A stretch of 64,000 nucleotides of DNA from Octopus vulgaris (lineage: Eukaryota), in the NCBI GenBank assembly GCA_951406725.2, contig OX597822.1, positions 8,246,001 through 8,310,000 on the forward strand. The letters run 5' to 3'. Below are positions 12,518 to 26,342 of the stretch, in pieces (position 1 is the first letter of the stretch; the number at the start of each line of letters is the position of its first letter). The position numbers and the translations under genes were made by a program. A model generated the notes under the pieces. It saw nothing but the letters and a program-made list of their open reading frames with translations. It had not been told where the DNA came from and searched no databases.

Positions 12518-12904
12518 GGCGTAGGTGTGGCTGTGTGGTAAGTAGCTTGTTTACGAACCACATGGTTCTGGGTTCTGTCCCACTGTGTGGCACCTTGGGC
12601 AAGTGTCTTCTAATATAGCCTCGGTCGGACCAAAGCCTTGTAAGTGGATTTGGTAGACGGAAACTGAAAGAAGCCCGTCGTATTAAAGTATATATATGTG
12701 TGTGTATGTGTGTGTGTATTTGTGTGTCTCTGTTTGTCGTCCCCACATTATTGACAACTGTTGATGGTGTGTTTACGTCCCCGTAACTTAGCGGTTCGGC
12801 AAAAGAGACCAATAGAATAAGTCCTGGGGTCGATTTGCTCGACTAAAGTCGGTGCCCCAGCATGGCCGCAGTCAAATGACTGAAGCAAGTAAAAGAGCAA
12901 AAGA
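12518..12904 (+). mobile_element. SINE family A, copy 2
   Basis: Colinear with 2609-3037. Confidence 0.9.
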
Positions 12905-13611
12905 CTTGGGCGTGTCGTGTTAAAATAACATATTTTCAATAATGGACCTGCCTATGTTTGATTTTATTGAGATATTTACATCTTCCTACACTTACATCAA
13001 ATGCCATGCTCTCATCCCCATTGAAATATTAGTGCAAGATCTTTCTTTTGTTTTATACGTGAACAATACACACTCTCCATAGAAAATCCTGTTAAATATA
13101 TGATATCAGATTTTAATGTTCATAAAATTAATTTCTGAGTGATAACAGGTTAAATCTATTAAGTAAAAGAGAATTATATACAATATTTACCACAGGCACA
13201 CGTAAAGAACTTCTAAATATTTATTTTTTGTTTAGCTTAATAAAATCAATTTTCGAACTCTTTCAAAATATGCGTGGTATTTTATATTACCAATAATGTT
13301 CAAACTATATATTGATGCAGAGAATATATAAATATACATATACAACTAATAAACACTAATAAACACAATATTGAACAGCTAACTATATGGAATACAAAGG
13401 AAAAATGAATATACAATGCATGTCTCTTTGTGCGTGTGTATACATGCTGTGTCACTGTGTGAGAATATGTCACTGCGGGCATATGATGCAGCGTTTATAT
13501 ATCTGATGACTATTTATGAATGCTAAGCGTGTATGCATACTGGCATACGTAAAGTATACCTATATGTGTGCATGTATGAATATATTAGTATATACATATG
13601 CGTTCATTCAT

Positions 13612-13621
13612 ATAGATAGAA

Positions 13622-13652
<31 letters not shown>

Positions 13653-13787
13653 TACAGATAGATAGATAGATAGATAGATAGATAGGTAGATAGATAGATA
13701 GACAGACAGATAGATAGATAGATAGACAGATAGATAGATAGATAGATAGTTAGATAGATAGATAGATAGACAGACAGGCAGACAGAC

Positions 13788-13865
<78 letters not shown>

Positions 13866-13894
13866 GCAGACAGACAGACAGACAGACAGATAGA

Positions 13895-13942
<48 letters not shown>

Positions 13943-13948
13943 TAGATT

Positions 13949-13981
<33 letters not shown>

Positions 13982-13990
13982 GTAGGTAGG

Positions 13991-14071
<81 letters not shown>

Positions 14072-14092
14072 TGGTAGAAAGCGAGAGAGAGA
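13612..14092 (+). repeat. (GATA)n/(GACA)n compound microsatellite
   Basis: Seen directly. Confidence 0.98.
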
Positions 14093-14920
14093 CAAAGCCA
14101 CTCACATATTTAAATATGTGTCCATATTTTTGTATATTGTTTGTAGGTCATTTTGCAAATGTATGTGTGCACATATATATGAACACATAGACGCACATAT
14201 ATGTGTGTAACTAATGGATATACGTGAGCATTTTTACTTATACGAAATCCTTTTGCATTTTATTTCAGTGTGTTTGATCGAAATAATAACTAACTTCACA
14301 TATACAGAAACAGCTGGCTTTCCGCAATTTTCTTTTTTTCCGAGTACAAATATTTGTTTTGCAAACAATCATATCTAATCAATCAAAGAGTGAAACATTG
14401 TGTTTCAATAATTCTCTCTCTCTCTCTCTCTCTCTGTCAGTATCCAGTCGGTTTCATTTGGCAACGAAAGAAAATCGACGGCATCCCTAATTATTAATTT
14501 TCTAGAAGTTGCGTTACATAGCTTGTTTTTCTCAGTTGGTTGCTGACATTGCTGTTGCTATTCTTACTGTTTCTGCCAGAGTGTATACTTTATTTCGTTG
14601 TTGCTGTTTCTGTAGTTATTTTGGTTGGTTTGTCTATGGATGTGTTGTTATTATAGTGAAATATTTTCTTGGAAATCATGATGCTGTTATAAGTGTATAT
14701 TTGTTTAGCGCTCGAAGAATCTTTTGCTATTGTTTTCTGCTTTTAAGGTCCATTTCGACAATAGATACGCATACGCATACATAAATATACACTCGAACAA
14801 GTGTGTATCAATACATGTTTCTATCAGTCTTACAGATGCACCTATAAGTCTTTCTATAAAGAAATACTCATATGTTCACTATTAAGCATAGACAAGTGCG
14901 GATACATATATAACATCATT

Positions 14921-15306
14921 TTTGGAAGCACTCCGTCGGTTACGACGACGAGGGTTCCGGTTGATCCGATCAACGGAACAGCCTGCTCGTGAAATTAACG
15001 TGTAAGTGGCTGAGCACTCCACAGACACGTGTACCCTTAACGTAGTTCTCGGGGATATTCAGCGTGACACAGAGAGTGACAAGGCCGGATCTTTGAAATA
15101 CAGGTACAACAGAAACAGGAAGTAAGAGTGAGAGAAAGTTGTGGTGAAAAAGTACAGCAGGGATCACCACCATCCCCTGCCGGAGCCTCGTGGAGCTTTA
15201 GGTGTTTTCGCTCAATAAACACTCACAACGCCCGGTCTGGGAATCGAAACCGCGATCCTACGATCGCGAGTCCGCTGCCCTAACCACTGGGCCATTGCGC
15301 CTCCAC
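14921..15306 (-). mobile_element. tRNA-derived SINE family B, copy 1, with 9-bp TSD
   Basis: Minus-strand head ggaggcgcaatggcccagtggttaggg..ggtttcgattccc; AACATCATT at 14912-14920 and 15307-15315. Confidence 0.92.
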
Positions 15307-15494
15307 AACATCATTAGACATATAATATAAAAATACTAGCTGACCACAAGCCGTCAATAATGATGGCTAATCGTAGTATTTTATATATAAGTAAGGTACA
15401 TAATAATCACACATACAAACATTCAAATACTCTCCTTGTCACGAACAAACATACATAAAATCACACAAAGTTGAAACGCTGATTTTTTTTTTCA

Positions 15495-15690
15495 CAAGGC
15501 CCGAAATTCTTGGGGAGAAAGCCAGTCGATTAGATCGACCCCAGAACGCAACTGGCACTTAATTTATCGAACCTGTAGGAACAAACGGCAAAGTCGACCT
15601 CGGCGGAATTTGAACTCAGATCGTAGCGACGAGCGAAATGTGCCTAATCATTTCGTCCACTGTGCTAACGGTTTAGCCAACTTACACCTT
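15495..15690 (-). mobile_element. SINE-like family D copy
   Basis: Similar to 32393-32597 (atcgaccc(c)ag..gcaactgg..ggcaaa.tcgacctc..gaatttgaactcaga); B-box-like gagttcaaattcc on the minus strand. Confidence 0.8.
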
Positions 15691-15706
15691 AAAATAATAA
15701 TGGCAT

Positions 15707-15734
15707 GAAGAAGAAGAAGAAGAAGAAGAAGAAG

Positions 15735-15765
<31 letters not shown>

Positions 15766-15783
15766 GAGGAAGAGAAAAAGAAG
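15707..15783 (+). repeat. (GAA)n microsatellite
   Basis: Seen directly. Confidence 0.95.
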
Positions 15784-15949
15784 AAAGACAATAACAACAA
15801 CAACAATAGCAATACTAATGATACTAGCAGCATCAATGATAATAATAATTATTACACTACTACTAATAATAATTAACTGGATAGCTATAACAAGAATATT
15901 CCATAGTACCTAACCATGTGTAATCAAGAACTCAGAAACCCACCAAAAA

Positions 15950-17950
15950 TTCTGGATCATCCTTACCATTAAACGAACAAAATGGAAGCATCTCCCCATC
16001 CGTTCTCTCCATCGTATGGTTTCGAACTTAGTGTAGGCCCATACTGTTAATTAATCCTCGCCTTATGCACCGATCTTTCAATACATTGGCTTGATGGGTG
16101 GGCAGTGTCCCTATTTCAACACACATCTTTCTTTTTAACTGGGAACTGAAAAGGTTGATTAGGGTTTGGCCGAAGCAGGAATTTTCCGTCTCAAGTTATG
16201 ACTCGTTCCTCAAGGATCAGTTATCAAAACCTTGCCACCAGGGAGGAAATTTGCCAGACTTTTCCAGGAAATTAATCTGGTAGGGTAATCAGGATAGAGC
16301 CGGCTGATAGATGAATCCCTCTCTATTTGATAGCAGCTATTCTCATCAATGCTTGAGAACTGTGATGACGTGAAGGAGCATTGCATCTGCATACATATCG
16401 CTCTGCACACATATAGGTCTACTTGTCTTGTTGTCCCTCATTCATTCAGGTATATCGAGAGGCTTTTTGTTTCCTAGGTTACACTTATTTTTTCTACAAA
16501 AGAAACTTTCATGTTTCGAATTGAAGCTTTGATTAAGACCCAATCATTCCACCTATATTACAGACGCAATGCCTTTCATATGCGGCTTTTAGGCCCCTAA
16601 ATTCACTCCTCTCAAACGTTGCCATCTCTATCACTATTTCCTTACGAATCTCAAATCTAATAATCCATTTCAGGACTGGCCAGATCGGATATTGGTGACT
16701 GCCTACGTTGCCTCACTCTTCTCTATGCCTTCGTCAATTCTTTGTAAACTTTGTGTACCCGGAAGACGGTTTTAGTTTCCAGTATCCAGGTCATTGCATA
16801 GGAAATATGTGCTGGAAGAATATATAAATCGCAAATGTGTGATCTGGGAAAGATCTATGCTCTCCTTATCTATTAGCCTAAAGACTACTTGATCTATATG
16901 CAATGTGGATTACTGGATGCAGCTCGCACCTCCCACATTTCTGCAGTTGGACTCAGTAGATTTACGAGGATTTTGTATCTTTTCTCCTGTCAGCTAAATC
17001 TACAGATTCGAGATATAATTAAATGTCACGATCTAATAGCGTGGAAACGCTAGTGAACAGAGGTATTTATGGAAAACATTCAGATGCCTAAAGAAATCTT
17101 GCCAAATCATCCCTTTTGGGCGTACACGGTGATTGAACAGTATTTTCACCCCACACGATACACGAAGTCAAGTCACAGATGTGCAATTCTAAGAGTTATA
17201 ACAAAGAGGGTTAACATTGCATGTTTCTCTCCTACAGCTATTGCAGAGAAACCTAGAATCTTGAGATCATTAAGCTAGTGAACTAGCTACAAAGTGACAC
17301 CAAGCCTCGCACACATAAAGAACCTTCTCACACAACTGCCACGTTAGCAGAAAAGAATGTAGATATAAGGGAACGGGTTCCTTATCTATGCCAGTTGACT
17401 GACACAGGCCCCCTAACATTTTGATCTTCATTTAGGTCTTTTAGAAGCCTACTGTTGTCCCTTACAGTGGAGCTTCTCTTGTCATTGAGGAATTTATTTC
17501 TTATTATCTTGTATGCTTTCACGTCCAGTCTTTTTAATTTCAGATTTGAAAGTTCTGAACCTGATGACATCTTCCTTTGGTTCAATGTTTGTGCGAGAAA
17601 GAATATCAGTTTTTGATTTGTACTCTTTATTAAAACAGACTTCTGGCGAATGTGGTTTCTTAATGTTACCATTTTTTGTGTGCCTGTTTGCAGTTTGCAA
17701 TCGTGAACCGTATGCGGAGCATTGCTTCATGACCGTAAAGAGGTTTGAATGTATCCGTTAATTGTTAATTTCATTAAGGTCATGAAGACGTAAGTGAAAT
17801 TATCAGCTCTGCTGGCACTCACAACGCAACTCCCTGGCTGCTGGCAAAATTTTCGTCTAAACTTCATTGTGTTACTTCGTATCACAAACTTGAATAAATC
17901 ACAGAGAAAATTAGACAAAAATTTTCTGTGGTAGTTTTTCAAAGGCGTTC
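15950..17950 (-). mobile_element. Highly decayed L1/Tx1-like LINE remnant
   Basis: Minus-strand fragments in the expected order: PGYWKL (~16775-16792, like the GPGYWKLN motif after L1/Tx1 endonucleases), GGMIGLNQS (~16525-16555, like GALINLDQSKAFD), YAD (~16385-16393). Boundaries uncertain. Confidence 0.45.
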
Positions 17951-19168
17951 ATATTGGGGTCAATATTGAGGTATAGGGAATAAACATCCAATTTTCGTCA
18001 CTAATCTTGTGCCTAATAAAATAAGTACCAGTTTAATCAACTAGCACTCTCCCACCAAAATTTCAAGGTTTGTGCCTAAAGTAAAAAGTATTACTACTTT
18101 TATTAATAATAATTACCTACAGCAATGACCATAATTTTTTTCTAAAAGCTAACTTATTGATTCTCTGTATTCCTGCATTCGGGCTGCTTCATTTTTTGTC
18201 TTCTCAAATACATCTTTCATCAGCAGCAACGACATCTGAACTTCTACCTTTAGTATAACTACTGCCGTCCATCATCATAATAAACATTTATATATACTCC
18301 ACTTGCACTACGGCCAACATCTTCATCACAATCACTAGGAGGGAAAGACTACATACACCTCACCTTCTCCTCTTCAACACCGTTGTCACTATGGTCATGA
18401 TTGGTATGTTTTTTATCCAATCAATCTTCTACTTTCTTTTTCTTTTCGCTTTTTCATTAAATTAGACGCTAGTCGTCTCTCTTTTTTCTTGTTTTCCTTT
18501 GTTTTTCACTCTTTTCTTCTGATTATTTTCATTCAAAATATATGTTCGTAATGTTACATACAATAGATGATATTTGTTTATTCATAAGCCCCGTTTTCAA
18601 CTACATTCTCTATGTTTACCCCTCTCTTTATCGTTCGCTGCTCGACAACTTTTTCGCTGTTTATTTCTGCTTTGGTTTTTTAATATCTTTCAGCGCCATT
18701 TTTCTGTAGGTAGTTCTTTGCACGACGCTAATGCGATAATGGAAATGAAGACAAAAACATTGATAAATAAATCCATGTTCTATATAGATTTTCAAGGAGT
18801 GTTTCATAACCAAACTATTTAGAAAACGTATAAAAGATGAGTTTTCATGTGTGCAATGGCAATGTAAACAAGCATATATACGATAAGGGCTGATATTGGA
18901 CATGGCGCAGTTAGTTGTATTAGTGACAAAATTGTATATTACTTGAAGCTCACTTGTGATATTTATCGTGACGTGGTTTATGGCTGTACTAATATTTTCC
19001 GTGTCCTTAGCGGCAAAGATAGCATCAATAATAAGTATTATAGATTTATGTGTAACTTTAGATTCTTCTGCTATGATATCAGCAGGATTAAAAGTTGAAC
19101 ATATCTTTTATTTATATTGGCAAAAATGGTAAGTTTTATATTAAATAATATGATATACTGCTATACTA

Positions 19169-20408
19169 TTGTGTTGGTAACTAAGTTCAAGGCGAATTTT
19201 TTTTAAATTTTGGAATCTATTTCTTTCGAGAATTCTATTTTTGAATCATTTTGGAATCTATTTTATTTTTTTTTTCTAGTTATTTTTAGTTACTTTTGTT
19301 TATTTTCAGATCATTAAAATGGAAATTAAGAAAAATGAGCATTTTCGACACCTCCTTCTTTTTGCTTTTAATCAAGGTTCTATGGTTGCAAAAGCTGCTC
19401 GCGACATTTGTGCTGTGTATTGAGAGGGTGCCATAGCCAAAAGAACCGCTCGTGATTGGCATGACAAGATCAAAAATGGAAATTTTGACTTCAAAGGTGT
19501 ACCTCGTTCTGGCCGTCCAGTTGTGTTCGATGAAAAGCGATTAAACCAACTTTGACGAAAATACTCGTCAAACGACAAGGGAACTGGCAGAAAAAATGGA
19601 ATGCTCCCATAATTTTATAGAGAAGCAACTTCACTCGATGAAAATGGTTCAGAAGTATGGGGCATGGGTTCCGCATGCTTTAAGTGACAACAACAAAAAT
19701 CATCAAGCCACAATCTCCGCTGTATTGCTTGCTCGTCACCGCTCAACTCTTGGACACAAGCAAAGATTTCTTAACCGAATCGTTACTAGCGACGAAAAAT
19801 AGTGCCTGTACATCAATATGAAGCAGTGTAAGGAATGGCTTAGCCCTGGTAAACAAGCGTGAAAAAAAATATTCAACCGCGTAAAACTATGTCGTGCGTA
19901 TAGTGGGACTGGGAAGGGATTATCCATTACGAATTGCTTGAACGGAACCAAACAGTCAACGCGGAACTCTATGTTCAACAGATGGAACGACTCAACACGG
20001 CTATTCAAGAGAAAAGACTCAATCGGCAGCAGGGAGTTCTTCTGCTGCACGACAACGCCTGCCCATATATCGACAATATGACCAAGGAAGCCATTCAAAT
20101 GCATGGCTTGGAAATGCTGCTACACCCGCCGTACTCTCCTGATTTGGCACCAACGGATTTCCACCTCTTTCGATCTTTTTCTAGGATATGCGCGGAGTTT
20201 CGTTCAATACTGATGCAAAACTGAGTGCATGGCTGGATCAATTTTTCGAGTGGAAATCGGGTGATTTCTACCAACGAAGTATTGAAAATCTTGTTGAACG
20301 TTGGGAAGAAGTTGTAAACATTATTGATTAATTAGTTGCTATTTTTTATTAAACCTTTTAAAAAATTTACATTAAAAAGAAACCGCTGGAACTTAGTTGC
20401 CAACCTAA
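19169..20408 (+). mobile_element. Full-length decayed mariner transposon, ~1240 bp
   Basis: Imperfect TIRs ttgtgttggtaactaagttc / gaacttagttgccaacctaa, TA at 19167-19168 and 20409-20410. Confidence 0.95.
19319..20330 (+). pseudogene. Mariner DD34D-type transposase pseudogene
   Basis: MEIKKNEHFRHLLLFAF.., WVPHAL, TSDEK, LLHDNA, HPPYSPDLAPTDFHLFRS; internal stops and frameshifts. Confidence 0.93.
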
Positions 20409-22910
20409 TATTAAAATACGTTCAGGTGTTTTTGTCACCCTTCTTTGAGATTAGACAGAAACACTCGCCGAAATCTGTTTTTAAAGTGAGCCTGGTGGGT
20501 AACAAGTTACCCATATTATTGTGAGGAGAGTTCAATAATAGTACAATTCTCTTGTCTGAGTTATATTCTGGCTCATTCTTCTTGCCAAAAGAATGAATAT
20601 ACGAAGATCACTTAGCTGACGACAGGAAACGGAGTCGATGTTGATAACCGAGATCATCTTTTAGAATTGTCAGTCGAGAAAGCTTTTTGGTTATATATTC
20701 GTCTGATGGAATACGTCCCCACTAACAGGGGTCATAAGCTTATAGATTTCGGTCTAGCAAATAGAGGGAAATACGTGAAATAATTTATTTAAATTGTTTC
20801 AGTTTCAAATAAGGCTACCTCTTTTGTGTCCACAAAATGAATAGCTCATCAAGAAATTTATGATTAAATTAATTAATGTGAAGAAAAACACAACCGAAGA
20901 TTGTGTGGTTTACTGAAGAAATAATTTTCCTTGTTTAATAAACTTTCTGAAAACTTGATGTGAACAGATATTGCTAGGCAAGATTCCTTTTTCTTTTCTT
21001 TCTTTTTCGTATTTGTTTCAGTGCCGAAAGTTGGAGAATGTTTACGTAAAACTAATGAAAATATAACTTTAGAAATCTTAAAAGCGAATGCAAAATCTAA
21101 GAGTAACTGCATCCTAGACTTACATAGATTAGCAACTTTGAAATTCTATAGACATGTATCTATCGAATCCCTTTTGTGCCCTAAGCCTTTACAGACATGT
21201 TAATGGTTAATGTTACAACTAATTTCCTCATTCACATTGGAACATATACATTTCATTCTTCTGTTTGAAATTTTGCTTCCTTATTAAAATATTATTGGAT
21301 AGTAATATCGACAACCAAACAATAAGCAAGAGCAACTAATAGTTCTTTGAAGTTTTACTATGCTTTTAAGCTTTCAACAAGTATTTTCTTAATATTTTAT
21401 CGCGTATGCCACTAAGTTCACAGGTTGAAATAAAATATAAGTGTATGTCAGTGAAAGAAAGTCGTCTAGTGTTTAAGATTTTTGAACCATGATCATAACA
21501 TCGTAGGTTCCAATACTACATGGATTATGATGCACCGTTGGACAAATAATTTCGTTGGCAATACTCGACTTAAAGTAGATGTAATACGGACAGTTAGGGT
21601 CATGCAGCATCCGATTTCCTCTTTTGTTTCCTCATCTTGGATCCTCTATTTGGTGATGAAGGAGGGTCGCGAGTGTTACTATTTATGTCTCTAGTAATTA
21701 TATTAGCAACTAATACAATTAGAGGCGATAAGCTCCATGTATCCAATGCATGCTTACGGCTGTATATATTTAGATATCTATATCATCTGCAGATAACAAT
21801 ATTACAATTTTTGTTAATCATAGATATCCTACAGTGAAAATACCTTCGTGTAAATCCACTTCAACACTTACTGTTGCTTGTTAATGTAAAATTCACTGAA
21901 ACAAAGAAGGATAATAGAATATTGGTTGCCTTGAGATACTCCTGTATACTTCTGCTTACACTTGGATGACATCCTATTAATATTCTATAATGCAAATGAA
22001 AACGCAAGAATTTAAATATAGATAGAAGGCGATATTTCCATGTAGGAAAACTGCACACAGACGGATAATTGGGAATGCACAGTGCCACATTCAAATATTG
22101 ATAGAAAAAAGGATTCATCCTTCTATTGGATGCAATTCGACTGGTGAAGACCTCGAAACGAAGAAAATATATATTGTATCATTATACCTCAGGGTTAATT
22201 AAATTCACATTACTAATGAACTTAGATCAACTGTAATTGTCTATAGTTCAGTATAAAAAATCGCGGTAAAAGAAAAAAAATAGCTGCAAAAGGAGTACCT
22301 GTCACAGGCATTTTCGTGTACACATTTCTACGTGGCATGCAAAATCAATGTAATACACGGAATTCAGAATGCCATGAAAATTGGATTTGCTTAATTCCTA
22401 ATCATAACACCTTTGTGGCAGAATAAGTCTATCATATTACCTGAGTCAAACATGGACCAAGGGCCAAATGACATTAGCAGAAGTATATAGTGTACAACTT
22501 CATTATATATCTTAACTTATTCAGTTTGATTTTAAATGATAATTTGTATTTCTATATGAGTTGTAATTGTGATTTTGCCGTTGCATTATATTACGTAGCC
22601 AAGTTCAACAACTGAGTTAATTTTGTCTTAAGGTTTTATAAAACATAGTGCCAACAACCGGTCTGTGGATTAGAAGCATTGCTAAGTCATTCGAATAAAG
22701 GATTTGCAGTTTTGTTACGGCAGTACGCATTTTGAGAATCCATTCAATTATTGAATATTTATTTATGTATTATCGACGAGGCAGACGGCAATAAACCTAT
22801 AAAGGAGACAAAAATTAGACCATATATTTTCTCTCAACTTGCTTAATTTAGAATCTGTGATTTTCTTAATTCTTATAATTGTCTACAAGGTACCGAATTT
22901 TCAATCCTCT

Positions 22911-23400
22911 CAGTTGATATGTCTTGAGTGAAGAGACAGTAACGCGCATTGCTTTCGCTATCACATACTTAAGTGTGTCGAGTGCATCAAAGTAGAGCGA
23001 TAAGTAGACTGACTGAAATGGAAGAAAAGAATTTCTTCTGCTATAATTATTGAAATTTTTACTGCAATTTCATAGTTAGGTATTAATTCCGACTGAATTT
23101 GCAATCACACTTTTCTTTGGCAGATGCAGTGTATCATTGTATAGAATTTGATGAGTAACTCATATACAAGTATTTACCAAGCAAGATTATTTCCAGTCAC
23201 TATAGCTTGGAGTAGGTAATCGTGCGGAGACAGAGAATTCTTGCTATTAGCCACTTAAGGCAAATTTCATGAGCATCAAGGAAAATGTATCTAGGAAAAT
23301 CGTGGTATTCCTTTTCAAATACGTTTTAACCACAGTTAATATGTCTTGAGTGAAGAGGCAGTAACACGCATTAATATCATCGCTTTCACTATCGCATATT
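22911..23400 (+). repeat. Pair of ~60-68 bp imperfect direct repeats
   Basis: cagttRatatgtcttgagtgaagagRcagtaacRcgcatt..gctttcRctatcRcata at 22911-22970 and 23333-23400. Confidence 0.85.
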
Positions 23401-23618
23401 ATTAAATTATAGAAATATTGCTAAATTTAAAAAGCGCTTTGATTGAAGATATTAAATGAAAAGCAATATTAAATACAATTTGTTCTAGTATTATGTGCCA
23501 TGTGTGTATGACTTGTGTTTGCGCGTAACTGCGTGATGCAAGTCCCTTGTAAGTGTGCGTATTGAAAGATAGATATATAAATAGATGCTTATATATATAT
23601 ATATATGTATGTATATAT

Positions 23619-23667
<49 letters not shown>

Positions 23668-24730
23668 AATATATGTATGTGTATGTGTATATCTATATCT
23701 ATAAAAGGCAGGATGTGTGTACGTGTACATGAATGTAATTTATGCATGTCCACAAATTAACACGCATGTCGCTTCCATTTTAGGAGGACATTGGTCACGA
23801 CCTTGATCGTACTTTTGACAACATATTTTTCCCGAGGCGCCCGCGGATAGTGGTAAACATTGAGTTTCAACCACAACTTCCACGTCGGTGAACTCCATAA
23901 CTTTGTTAAGATGAGTTAAGTCCCCTGTCTAGCAATCGTGAAAAAGAAAAGCAAAGGGTAAGTTTTTAGAATAATACCCGCAGGAATGCAAATGAAGACA
24001 CACATTTATACCAAAATTATTAGCTATACAAACCAGCATTTCTATTGGTAAGTACGGAATTTTTGATTGCATAAATATGGAAGATTTCATGACCAATGAG
24101 GTATATATTTCTCTCATGAATGTAAAATGTGTATAGATATATATATTGAAACATAGAATAAGGTGTGCATTGCATATTTCTTTGAATCCCCTATCAGAAA
24201 TCTACACATTCTACATAGATTCGATGCGTTGTTGCTATATCCGAACGCATACCATCAAATTAATAGAGAACACATTGAATATATAATATTCTATGAATAA
24301 ATCTGTGATGAAGTTTTCTTTCTTTCGATAATTTGAACCCCTTACAACAACATACAATATATACGAAAGCCAGTAATAATTCAGTTATAACCTGCATCTT
24401 ATTTGCTCTCTCATTATAGTCGCCATTCCTGACATTTCCTTGCTGTCGTCATTGTCTTCATTATCATCGTCGTCGTCGTCGTCATCACCATCATCATCAT
24501 CATCATCATCAACAAATAAAGCTGTTGGAAAAGACAAATTCCTCATATCGGACTAGAACAAATAATCTTAGACGCAACAGCCTTTCTAACTATCTTAGCT
24601 ATCCCCGATAACACTGCCTTCTAGAGCTGAAGTAAACTAGAATTCACGTCTGTTTCTACCCATCTGTTAAAAGGGATATTCCCTAATACCCGAATAAATT
24701 TTATCCGTAGACTGAATTAATTTTTAAACT

Positions 24731-24789
<59 letters not shown>

Positions 24790-24790
24790 T
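24731..24790 (+). repeat. (CTA)n microsatellite
   Basis: Seen directly. Confidence 0.97.
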
Positions 24791-26301
24791 AATGCGTCAT
24801 GTTATACAACTGATTCCTTAGCAGACAAAGCTCGAGTTCATGACATATATATCATTAATAAAACGACGCAACTAGATTTTTAGAAATTTCTCAAGATTTA
24901 CATATGTGTGTACCTACCCCAGCAAATGTGTGGCTAAGCACGTGTGTATGTATATAAGTATGTATGCATATATACATATATATTCATATACATACGTATA
25001 CACACAGAGAAAAGTTCCTACACAGACGTGTGTATGTGCTTCTTAACTGGAAAGGTTCGCTTCTAAGTGCATTTCTCTTATGCACAGATAACATCAAAGA
25101 GTGGAAAGCGCATACATTATTTCCATATAATTTTTCGTTTACATTTCCGGCTGTCATCGATAGTAACATTTCGCCCTGGTTCTGTGCTGTTCAGCACGAC
25201 ATAGCACAAGATTTGAAAACAATTGAAGCTAAATTGATTTACAAATCGAAATTAAAACGATCACTTTTTGTCTCTTTTAAAAATGGAAAATAGAAAAAAA
25301 ACAAATGCTTGGGGTTTCTTTCCTATTAAGCGACGTTTTTAGTTTTATACCTAATATATGCATAGTGATTAGGTATATAAAAAATGACAGCGTCACAGCA
25401 TAAGATGATGGGTGCAACCATACATTGCCTATTTTTTCAAAAGTTCTTAGATTATAAGTTCATTGACCGTAATATGCTTGGTAATGTGTGTGTGTATACC
25501 AAAGATAGTTTTCGCAAGAAAATTGATAGATTAATTTAAGGAAGATATGAATATATCTATGTAGGGAGGATAATATTCAGTTAGTTAATTAGACATTAAT
25601 TTCTCAAGCAACATTATTACCTTAAGCCTGTCTGCATTCTAATTTTTGTTTTTAATATCACACAAATTTACTAACATCTTTCTCTCTCCCTTATTATCAT
25701 TACTATAAATATCTCGATCCAAAATCGGAGAAATTTTTTCCTCTGAAACACAGTAATTTAAACATCTTTACCTGTTTATCAAGTTAAAAACTTTATAGAG
25801 GTAGTGTGGAAATAAATACAAAAGATTTGCTAACAAGTTGTCAGGACCTATACACGAGATCCAACCATATGTTAATACTGACTTTCTTTTCAATATAACA
25901 CCAGATAGGAAATAACTATGGCTTTGTATTTCTCCATTATGCCCATGAAATAACACGAGAAGGTACAATAAAATACACGAAACGGTATGTATACTGGAGT
26001 GCAGTAGATGTGACAAGAAGAAATAAAAATGAAAGTGATTTGATATCATGCTAAGGGGAGGTAATGATTAGTTTTGTAGTTGCTGTGACATGATTGAATC
26101 TGTCATATAGCGATTATAGAATATTTCCATTCTGAGGAAACTGTAAGATTTCAGTGTACTGTCAGTAGCATTTGATATGGATGCACTCTATATCGACCGG
26201 GAGGCTAAAATTAATCAATCTGTTCAAGTTCTTTCTATTCATCCTGCAAACCATCCATGCATACATGCACATACACACGCACATACACTCACACACACAC
26301 T

Positions 26302-26342
<41 letters not shown>

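Noticed and set aside
13604-14105. (YLSI)n ORFs (also 49106-49456) and many YI/HT/CV-repeat ORFs
   Set aside because: Translations of GATA, TA and CA repeats.
15225-15306. tRNA-like sequence (also 40360-40435 and SINE A heads)
   Set aside because: SINE heads joined to repeat bodies, with TSDs in family B; no complete cloverleaf evident.
22139-22165. CTGGTGAAGACCTCGAAACG; similar weak motifs at ~29356-29385 and ~39750-39782 (minus)
   Set aside because: Stems or cleavage triplet missing; too degenerate to call.
25768-26049. 93-aa minus-strand ORF ending at a donor-like CAG|GTAAAG; similar case at 21861-22118
   Set aside because: No recognisable protein motif or clear acceptor.
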